A stretch of 64,000 nt of DNA from Macrostomum lignano (lineage: Eukaryota). A program made the translations under genes and the position numbers. The stretch is taken from positions 248,001-312,000 of the forward strand of contig NIVC01000991.1 in NCBI GenBank assembly GCA_002269645.1, read 5' to 3'. Each line of letters opens with the position of its first letter. Position 1 is the first letter of the stretch. Below are positions 44,248 through 54,800 of this stretch, piece by piece. The notes beneath the pieces were generated by a model. The model had not been told where the DNA came from and made no database searches. It saw nothing but the letters and a program-made list of their open reading frames with translations.

Positions 44248-44755
44248 ATGGGTGTAGGCTGTGGGGAAGGTGGGTGTAGGCTGTGCGGAGTGAGGTGGGT
44301 GTAGGCTGCGCGGTTTGAGTTGGGTGTAGGCTGTGCGGAGTGAGGTGGGTGTAGGCTGTGCGGAGTGAGGTGGGTGTAGGCTGTGTGGAGTGAGGTGGGT
44401 GTAGGCTGTGTGGAGTGAGGTGGGTGTAGGCTGTGTGGAGTGAGGTGGGTGTAGGCTGTGTGGAGTGAGGTGGGTGTAGGCTGTGCGGTTTGAGGTGGGT
44501 GTAGGCTGTGCGGAGTGAGGTGGGTGTAGGCTGTGCAGTTTGAGTTGGGTGTAGGCTGTGCGGTGGGAAGTGGGTGTAGGCTGTGCGGTGTGAAGTGGGT
44601 GCAGGCTGTGCTGAGTGAGGTGAGTGTAGGCTGTGCGGAGTGAGGTGGGTGTAGGCTGTGCGGAGTGAGGTGGGTGTAGGCTGTGCGGAGTGAGGTGGGT
44701 GTAGGCTGTGCGGAGTGAGGTGAGTGTAGGCTGTGCGGAGTGAGGTGGGAGTGAG
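44248..44755. repeat. 25-bp G-rich minisatellite (GTGAGGTGGGTGTAGGCTGTGCGGA)n
   Basis: Period 25, downstream of the kinase stop. Confidence 0.92.
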
Positions 44756-44874
44756 CCGTGTGAAATTTAAGATAATTCAGCATTGAACTGTTAATTTTGT
44801 ACCATCGCTAAAAAGTATCAAGCAGTTGGAACAAGGCCATGCAACAGTTTCTCGAAATTTGTACGACGCAAAGT

Positions 44875-47800
44875 TCAAAAGTCGGCAAACCAATTTTGAT
44901 TCTCAACGGCGTAAGTTTGATTAAAAAAGTTGCCCATATTGAAGTCGCTTTGGACCGCTTCAAAGAAGAAGTACATGTCGTTTGGACCGTCTAGGGCTGG
45001 CTGGTAGGCCACCTGAGCGAGGTGAAAATGGGAGAGTTTTTTCCTGATGTTTTTTGTGAATTTATTAAGCACCTGAATGTGACATTCAAATGAATGACAT
45101 TCTATTTGAAATGGTTCCTACGTACTCATTAGACAAACTAGTGACTTTCACCTTTTTAAAATTGCGCGTAATTATCTGCCAGACAGGTTAGTGACGTCAT
45201 CTACGAGCGCTCGTATTATCGATCGACTGTAAAGACACTCCTATCCGAAATTAGTGGCGTCGTCACTTGTTTAAACTGGTGCCTAAACACCTTGTCAGAC
45301 AGGATAGTGACGTCACCTGATTAAACTGGTGCCTAAACACCTTGTCAGACAGGTTAGTGACGTCACCTGTTTAAACTGGCGCCTAAAAAACCTGTCAGGC
45401 AGGTTAGTAACGTCACCTGATTAAACTGCTGGTGTCTAGACACCTGTCGGACAGATTTGTGACGTCACCTATTATCGATCGTCTTTAAATACACTCCCAC
45501 CTGAAATTTTTGACGTCACCTGTTTAAACTGGCGCCAAATTACCTGTCGAGCAGCTTAACAAAAATCTCACCTGAACAGTTCGATTCAACAGGCCGATAA
45601 AATCCACGTCTCTAAAGAACGGATGATGCCGAACTTCGTGCACTTTAGTTCGCAAATTACCCAACCGGAAGCTGGGATTCCGCATCAGCAGGCGTCGCAC
45701 CAGATCCACGCAGACGGCGTTGATCTCCGGCGGGAAGACGACCTCGAACTGCTTGGCCTCCGGGCATCTCTCGCGACGGTAGCACTCGGGCCCGATGCCA
45801 ACAAGCAGCTCGAAGATGATGACCCCCAGGCTGTACCAGTCAACGGCGAAGTTGTACGGCTTGCGCATGATTATCTCAGGTGCGATGTAGCCGATGGTGC
45901 CCACGGCTTTGGGATCCGTGATGAAGCAGCTCGCGTCCTGCAGCGCGTAGGAGATGCCCATGTCCGAGATTTTCAGCCAACCATTCTTGCCGACCAGGAT
46001 GTTCTTCGGCTTCAGGTCTCTGCGGGGGGGGGGGCAGCGGCACTGCGGAACTGTTCATTGTGTCTCTTGAGCTTTACTTGTGTCTGTTGAGCTATAATTG
46101 TGTCTCTTGAGCTTTACTTGTGTCTGTTGAGCTATAAATTTGTCTGTTGAGCTATAAATGTGTCTGTTGAGCTATAAATGTGTCTGTTGAGCTATAAATG
46201 TGTCTGTTGAGCTATAAATGTGTCTGTTGAGCTATAAATGTGTCTGTTGAGCTATAAATGTGTCTGTTGAGCTATAAATTTGTCTGTTGAGCTATAATTG
46301 TGTCTGTTGAGCTATAATTGTGTCTACTGAGCTATAATTGTGTCTGTTGAGCTATAATTGTGTCTGTTGAGCTTTACTTGTGTCTGTTGAGCTATAAATG
46401 TGTCTACTGAGCTATAATTGTGTCTGTTAAGCTATAATTGTGTCTGCTGAGCTATAATTGTGTCTGTTGAGCTATAATTGTGTCTGTTAAGCTATAATTG
46501 TGTCTGTTAAGCTATAATTGTGTCTGCTGAGCTATAATTGTGTCTACTGAGCTATAATTGTGTCTGTTGAGCTATAATTGTGTCTGCTGAGCTATAATTG
46601 TTTCTGTTGAGCTATAATTGTGTCTGTTGAGCTATAATTGTGTCTGTTGAGCTATAATTGTGTCTGTTAAGCTATAATTGTGTCTGCTGAGCTATAATTG
46701 TGTCTACTGAGCTATAATTGTGTCTGTTGAGCTATAATTGTGTCTGCTGAGCTATAATTGTTTCTGTTGAGCTATAATTGCGTCTGTTGAGCTATAATTG
46801 TGTCTGTTGAGCTATAATTGCGTCTACTGAGCTATAATTGTGTCTGTTGAGCTATAATTGTGTCTGCTGAGCTATAATTGTTTCTGTTGAGCTATAATTG
46901 CGTCTGTTGAGCTATAATTGTGTCTGTTGAGCTATAATTGCGTTTGTTGAGCTATGATTGTGTCTGTTGAGCTATAATTGTGTCTGTTGAGCTATAATTG
47001 CGTCTGTTGAGCTATAAATATGTCTATTAAGCTATCTAGCAATGTTTACATGAATCAGCATGTCAACAGTTTAGTGTATCTACTGCGTTACTTATATGTC
47101 TTCTATGGAGCTAATAAAATATTGTAATATATAAAATACCAAGGTTTTAATATATAAAATAGGATTTAGGATAGGGTTTAGATTAGGTTTATGTTAGGGT
47201 TGAGATTAGTTTTATGATCTAGGGCTTAACTTATCACCTATAGGGTTTAACTAGTTAAAACCCTATCATAAAACCAAACCTAAACCCTGACCTAAACCCT
47301 AACCTAAACCCTAACCTAAACTCTAATCTAAACCCTAACCTAAACTCTAACCTAAACCCTAACCTAAACCCTAACCTAAACCCTAACCTAAACTCTAACC
47401 TAAACCCTAACCTAAACCCTAACCTAAACTCTAACCCAAACCCTAACCTAAACGCTAACCTAAACGCTAATCTAAACCCTAACCTAAACCCTAACCTAAA
47501 CCCTATCCCAAACCCCGATGCCAGTAAAATAAAGCTCACCTGTGCACAATGTTCATCCGGTGCATGTATTCAATGCCCAGCACCAGCATAGCTGCCATAA
47601 ATTTCACCTCCTCGTAGCGAAACGTTTTCTTCAATCGCAGATGGTCGTGCAAGCAGCCGCACTCCATGAAATCGGTGACCACGTAGAGATTCTGGCTGCA
47701 CTGGAAGCTATCCACCAGCCTGATGATGAAGGGGTGATGCAGCACCGCCAGCATGTTCCGCTCCCTGATTATACTGTAGGCGCTGCAGGCGTTGTGCACC

Positions 47801-48167
47801 CTGTGCTTGTTGAATACCTGCGGGGTTCGGTTGATTGATGGGTTGACTGCCTGATTGATTGCTTGATTGATTGGTTTATTTCTTGATTGATTGATTAATT
47901 GATTGATTTATTTATTTATTTCTTGATTGATTGATTGATTGATTGATTGACTGATTGATAAACTGATTGATTGATTGATTGACTGATTGATTGATTGATT
48001 GATTAATTGATTGATTAATTGATTGATTGGCTGATTGGCTGATTGATTTACTGATTGACTGATTGATTGACTGATTGATAAACTGATTGATTGATTGATT
48101 GACTGATTGATTGATTGATTGATTATTTGATTGATTGGCTGATTAACTGATTGATTGACTGATTGAC

Positions 48168-48202
<35 letters not shown>

Positions 48203-48323
48203 CTGATTGACTGATTGATTAACTGATTGACTGATTGATTGATTGATTGACTGATTGAGTGATTGATTGATTGATTGATTGATTGATTAATTGATTGATT
48301 GATTGATTGACTGACTGATTGAC

Positions 48324-48358
<35 letters not shown>

Positions 48359-48387
48359 CTGATTGACTGATTGATTGACTGATTGAC

Positions 48388-48422
<35 letters not shown>

Positions 48423-48515
48423 CTGATTGACTGATTGATTGACTGATTGACTGATTGACTGATTGATTGATTGATTGATTGATTGGCTGATTGACTGATT
48501 GATTGACTGATTGAC

Positions 48516-48554
<39 letters not shown>

Positions 48555-48619
48555 CTGATTGACTGATTGATTGATTGATTGATTGATTGGCTGATTGACT
48601 GATTTATTGACTGATTGAC

Positions 48620-48662
<43 letters not shown>

Positions 48663-48735
48663 CTGATTGGCTGATTGATTGACTGATTGACTGATTGATT
48701 GATTGATTGATTGATTGATTCATTGACTGATTGAC

Positions 48736-48766
<31 letters not shown>

Positions 48767-48867
48767 CTGATTGATTGACTGATTGATTGATTTATTGATT
48801 GATTAATTGATTGATTGGCTGATTGACTGTTTGATTGATTGATTGACTGATTGATTGACTGATTGAC

Positions 48868-48904
<37 letters not shown>

Positions 48905-48927
48905 AATTGATTGATTGGCTGATTGAC

Positions 48928-48972
<45 letters not shown>

Positions 48973-50424
48973 ATTTGATTGATTGGCTGATTGACTGAAT
49001 GATTGATTGATTGACTGATTGATTGATTGATTGATTGACTGATTGATTGATTGGTTGGTTGGTTGATTGATTGATTGACTGATTGATTTATTGATTGACT
49101 GATTGATTTATTGATTGACTGATTGATTGATTGGTTGGTTGGTTGATTGATTGATTGACTGATTGATTTATTGATTGACTGATTGATTGGTTGATTGACT
49201 GATTGATTTATTGATTGACTGATTGATTGGCTGATTGACTGATTGATTGATTTATTGATTGATTGACTGATTGATTGACTGATTGACTGATTGATTGATT
49301 GATTTATTTATTTATTTATTTATTGAAAATTTATTGAATCAATTGTTAGTGGTTACGCAACATATTATACAACGGCACCTTGATTGCGTAGCTCTCTTTT
49401 GTTTCCCTAGCAACGGCCAGAAACACCACGCCAAAGGAGCCGCGGCCGAGCAGTTTCTCCAGCCGGTAGCCCAGAATGTTGGGATTTCGGCTCGGCGGGT
49501 TGCTGAACTGCTCGCGCATCTTGCAAGAGTGCATCCGCAGCCAGTGCTCATAGTCGTGCAGGCAGCTCACCTGTATGCCGCGTGCATATTGATTGATTTG
49601 GCATGGAACAGGGGTGTCAGGGGTGTGAGAACACGGATGTCAGGAGTGTCAGAAGAAGAATGTCAGGAGTGTCAGAACAAGGATGTCAGAGATGTCAGAA
49701 CAAGGATGTCAGAGATGTCAGAACGGGGATGTCAGGTGTCAGAACGGAGATGTCAGGGGCGTCAAAATAGGGATATAGGAATGTCAGAGGTGTCATAATT
49801 GATGTCAGAGGTGTCATAATTGATGTCAGAGGTGTCATAATTGATGTCAGAGGTGTCATAATTGATGTCAGAGGTGTCATAATTGATGTCAGAGGTGTCA
49901 TAATTGATGTCAGAGGTGTCAGAACAGGGATGTCAGGATTGTCAGAACAGGGATGTCAGAGATGTCAGAACAAGGATGTCAGAGGTGTCAGAACAGGGAT
50001 GTCAGGATTGTCAGAACAGGGATGTCAGAGGTGTCAGAACAGGGATGTCAGGATTGTCAGAACAGGGATTTCAGAGATGTCAGAATAAGGATGTCAGAGG
50101 TGTCAGAACAGGGATGTCAGGATTGTCAGAACAGGGATGTCAGAGATGTCAGAACAAGGATGTCAGAGATGTCAAAACGGAGATGCCAGGGTGTCAAAAC
50201 AGGGATATAGGAATTTCAGAGGTGTCATAATGGATGTCAGAGATGTCAGAACAGGGATGTCAGGGGTGTCAGAACAGGGATGTCGGGTTGTCAAAACAGG
50301 GATTTCAGTGATCTCAGAACAGGGATGTCAGAGGTGCCAGAACGAGGGTGTCAGTGGAGCTTACCGGTCTGTCTGTATCCATGCTGCCAGTGACCTGGTC
50401 TTTGCATTTGCAAGCTCGAAGCAT
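44875..50424 (-). CDS. Divergent AGC-group Ser/Thr kinase, 391 aa; exons 50424-50365, 49570-49379, 47817-47540, 46019-45572, 45072-44875
   Basis: [36 protein letters not shown] and a C-terminal FADF*. Junction phases 0,0,2,0; total 1176 nt. Confidence 0.9.
45180..45535. promoter_or_regulatory. About 50-bp degenerate repeat carrying five perfect CRE palindromes (TGACGTCA)
   Basis: TGACGTCA at 45192, 45308, 45358, 45460 and 45511; variant TAACGTCA at 45408. In kinase intron 4. Function unproven. Confidence 0.4.
46068..47030. repeat. 20-bp minisatellite (GTCTGTTGAGCTATAATTGT)n
   Basis: Kinase intron 3. Confidence 0.95.
47160..47515. repeat. Telomere-like 12-bp repeat (AAACCCTAACCT)n
   Basis: Minus strand alternates TTAGGG and TTTAGG. 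In kinase intron 3, next to the donor site. Confidence 0.85.
47830..49320. repeat. About 1.5-kb degenerate (GATT)n microsatellite
   Basis: Fills kinase intron 2, with GACT and GGCT variants. Confidence 0.97.
49610..50355. repeat. Composite minisatellite built on a GATGTCAGA subunit (21-, 23- and 46-bp periods)
   Basis: Fills kinase intron 1. Confidence 0.9.
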
Positions 50425-50764
50425 ATTTCAATTAGGGTAATTAATGTACTTAATTAGTTTGAAAAGTTTAAATCAGAATTATGATTGCTTTTTCGTTTTG
50501 TTTTATGCTATATTTTTAATAAGTAAGAGAGTTTGCAAGAAAGAAAAAATTCTGCCGCTTTCATGCTTCATGTTGGATTCGTCTATGGCCCAAACTGTGC
50601 CAGCCAAATAGAATAGAATTAAGTGGAGGAACTGTAATTAGAATCGTTAAATATTATTTTAAAACGCGATCGAGGGTGTGATATGGATCTGTGAACTTCA
50701 ACATGGTTTGGTGAGTACCAGCGACTTAGCTTTGCTTAACTGCGTGCAAGATTCTAGTTTTTAA

Positions 50765-51790
50765 AATACCTGAAACTTCTACCCGTGAAGCACCTGAAAC
50801 TTCTACCCCTGAAGCACCTGAAACTTCTACCCCTGAAGCACCTGAAACTTCTACCCCTGAAGCACCTGAAACTTCTACCCCTGAATGGGTTGCTTTCACA
50901 AACGCGAAATTTCACAACCGCTAAATCACCTACTTTCATAACCGCGAAACTTCATAACCGCTAAAATATTGCAGTCACTTTCATAAGCGCGAAACTTCAC
51001 AACCGCAAGATTTCACAACCGCTAAATCACCTACTTTCACAACCGCAAAACTTCATAACCGCGAAACTTCACAACAGCTAAAAAGACTGTTGTATATGAA
51101 AGTAAGTGCAAAAAATTTAGTGGTTGTGAAGTTTCGCGTTTATGCAAAAAAATTAGCGGTTGTAAAGTTTCGCGTTTGGGAAGTTTCGCGTTTATGAAAG
51201 CAACTGCTTTTAGCGGTTTTGAAATTTCGAGTTTGTGAAACCGACCACCCTGAAGCACCTGAAACTTCTACCCCTGAAGCACCTGAACCTTCTACCCCTG
51301 AAACACCTGAAACTTCTACCCCTGAAGCACCTGAAACTTCTACCCCTGAAACACCTGAAACTTCTACCCCTGAAACACCTGAAACTTCTACCCCTGAAGC
51401 ACCTGAAACTTCTACCCCTGAAGCACCTGAAACTTCTACCCCTGAAGCACCTGAAACTTCTACCCCTGAAGCACCTGAACCTTCTACCCCTGAAACACCT
51501 GAAACTTCTACCCCTGAAGCACCTGAAACTTCTACCCCTGAAGCACCTGAAACTTCTACCCCTGAAACACCTGAAACTTCTACCCCTGAAGCACCTGAAA
51601 CTTCTACCCCTGAAGCACCTGAAACTTCTACCCCTGAAGCACCTGAAACTTCTACCCCTGAAGCACCTGAAACTTCTACCCCTGAAGCACCTGAAACTTC
51701 TACCCTTGAAACACTCGAAACTTCTACCCTTGAAACACCTGAAACTTCTACCCTTGAAACACCTGAAACTTCTACCCCTGAAACACTTGG
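50765..51790. repeat. 24-bp minisatellite (ACTTCTACCCCTGAAGCACCTGAA)n interrupted by a MITE
   Basis: Period 24 on both sides of 50886-51247. In the probable ABCA 5'UTR intron. Confidence 0.92.
50886..51247. mobile_element. MITE with about 40-bp imperfect TIRs and internal AACCGC/AACTTC subrepeats
   Basis: Left end TGGGTTGCTTTCACAAACGCGAAATTTCACAACCGCTAAA; reverse complement of right end TGGTCGGTTTCACAAACTCGAAATTTCAAAACCGCTAAA. CCCTGAA is duplicated on both flanks. Confidence 0.78.
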
Positions 51791-51891
51791 AAAAACTGAA
51801 ACTCCTCCCCCCCCCTGAAACTCCTAAAAGACCTTAAACACTGCTACAGACTACGCAAAACTATCGTAAACTTTCTTTCAGCCCGCCAATC

Positions 51892-54800
51892 ATGCTGGCA
51901 AAGCGGCAATTTCGTTACTTCCTTCGGATCTACTTTCTTCGTCTTAAGGGTGCAAAATTTCTTTGGCTCCTACCACTGATCGCCTGCCTCCTGTCCAACA
52001 ACTTCATCTACGTACCTTTGGCTCAGCTAATTGGATTCTATGGTAAAAAGTTTGTCGATATCAAGCAGGCGCACAATTTCGCGTCTGACAATGAAGTGCT
52101 AACGCAGACGGACCGGTACATTGGCGAAGTGGCTGCGATGGACGCGGTGCTTAGAGAGCTGGGCACCAGAAGCTCGGATCCTTCGCTTTTGTTCAAACAG
52201 TGCCAGAGCCCGGAGGATTGCAATGCTCAACATTTCAATCGATTGTACAGCAACAGCCCCGGCGGATACGTCAGCCAGGTTTGAGTTGCGGCAAAGTACA
52301 CTTGAGACATTTGTCCCGAAAGAACTGAGACCTATGTCCCGAAACACCTGAGACTTATGTCCCGAAACACCTGAGACTTATGTCCCGAAACACCTGAGAC
52401 TTTTGTTCTGAAACACCTGAGACTTTTGTCCCGAAACACCTGAGACTTTTATCCCGAAACACCTGAGACTTTTGTCCCAAAACACCTGAGACTTTTGTCC
52501 CGAAACACGTGAGACTTTTGTCCCGAAACACGTGAGACTTTTGTCCCGAAACACCTGAGACTTTTTGTCCCGAAACACGTGAGGCTTTTGTCCCGAAACA
52601 CGTGAGACTTTTGTCCCGAAACACCTGAGACTTTTTGTCCCGAAACACGTGAGGCTTTTGTCCCGAAACACGTGAGACTTTTGTCCCGAAACACCTGAGA
52701 CTTTTATCCCGAAACACCTGAGACTTTTGTCCCAAAACACCTGAGACTTTTGTCCCGAAACACGTGAGACTTTTGTCCCGAAACACGTGAGACTTTTGTC
52801 CCGAAACACCTGAGACTTTTTGTCCCGAAACACGTGAGGCTTTTGTCCCGAAACACGTGAGACTTTTGTCCCGAAACACCTGAGACTTTTTGTCCCGAAA
52901 CACGTGAGGCTTTTGTCCCGAAACACGTGAGACTTTTGTCCCGAAACACCTGAGACTTTTTGTCCCGAAACAACTGAGACTTTTATCCCGAAACACCTGA
53001 GACTTTTGTCTCGAAACACCTGAGACTTTTTGTCCCGAAACAACTGAGACTTTTATCCCGAAACACCTGAGACTTTTGTCCCGAAACACCTGAGACTTTT
53101 GTCCCGAAACACCTGAGACATTTTGTCCCGAAACACCTGAGGCTTTTGTCCCGAAACACCTGAGGCTTTTGTCCCGAAACACCTGAGACTTTTATCCCGA
53201 AACACCTGAGACTTTTATCCCGAAACATCTGAGACTTTAGCAGTGCCAGAAGAAAAAGTAACTGCAACTAATTTCTATAACTGCAGGTGGACTTCAAACC
53301 GAACGACCCACTTATTGTCTGTCTGCTGGAAACTGGAGCAGAGATCTACTGTCCCTTTCTTGGCTATCTGGCAAGCATTGGTCGGACAAAGGATCCTCAC
53401 ACTAAGCTGCGGTTTAAGGTTAGTCATAATTTATATATAGGCTCTTGTCTGTCTTTTGCTTCAGAACTGCACTCAGAGTTGCAACAGCTGCAATCAGAGT
53501 TGCAAAAGCTGCAATTAGATTTGCAAAAACTGCAATCAAAGCTTTAAAGCTACGGTACTGCATAGTTACAATATTCTTGCACTGATTTACGCGCAACCCA
53601 ATCGCAAAAATCAGGCCATTCGAATGTTCCGAGCTGTCGGGCAACATCAGCGCGACTCGCATCACTCCAGCAGCGAAGGCCGTACCATGTGCCATCTGGA
53701 AAGAAACTTTGCTGACATTCTGCCAGTACTAACGGCTGGTCAAAGCTTCTTATCAGTCGGAATGATGCACTTCTACTTTCTGGTGGCTACTCTGTCCTGC
53801 ATCTACGACTTGAAGGGCAATGGATTGTTACAGCTGCTGGTGCAGAAAGGCCTGTCTGTCCGGGCATATTGGCTAGTGATCTGCCTTGTCGCTGCTGTTG
53901 AGGTGAGATGCGCAACACTTACCAATTTATCCCAGCTGCATAGTGAATGGATGTTTATAGAGTTTAGATGACAATATACCTGATCTATGTGCGTTGAATG
54001 CTTTATAGTTCATCAAAACTTCAATTAGAATTTGCTCTTTAGGAAAGAAGTATCATAGCTGGTAGAAGCACGTGCGTGGTTTCTTTAATGCTTCACAGGA
54101 AATTGTTTGATTTATCCGTGGTTTACCCACAGATGTTATAAGTATACATGACAAATAGATAGATCACTAACTTTCTGTAAAGCAGGAACAACGGGAGGCC
54201 GTAGCCCAATGGTCCAATCAGAGCGGCGCTCTGAGTTGCCTGCAGCCCAGGCTCGATTCACATCAATTTGGTGGGCTAAATTGGAACCTCGGCTTGGCTC
54301 TGCTCGTTCAATTACCGGCCTTGAAGGCCAACCCCCAAGGCACAGTGAAGTGTACATGCCTAACGATGAATATAGTTAGGGCCGCTGTACACTCCTGTGC
54401 GAGTGTGTGCCTGCGCGTATGACTGCGTACGTATCCGCAGAGAATCCACAGACAATGTAGAGTCGATAAGCTGTTAACGTATCTGCGTTGGTGGCACCTA
54501 AAATTGCGCAGACCTGTCTCCAATGCACCAACAGGTCCTGTTCGGCGCCACCGTATTCACTGTGTCCCTGGCCGCCCAGTGCCCGAACTTCTACCAGAGC
54601 GCGGCTCTCGCCAAAGTGTTCGGCCACTGTGCGCTGCAGTTCCTGTGCATTGCCGCAGCCTGCCTGCTGGTTTCTGTTACAGTTGGCCGCTACGGCAAGG
54701 CCGGCCTGGCCTTGGGGCTCATAGCTGTGCTCGGCATGATCATCAATCTGATCAACAGTGTGTTGCTGAGTGATCAGAAGGCGGCCAGGACTGCCCTGCT

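Noticed and set aside
47160-47515. True chromosome end or assembly join
   Set aside because: Lies within a phase-consistent intron of an intact gene.
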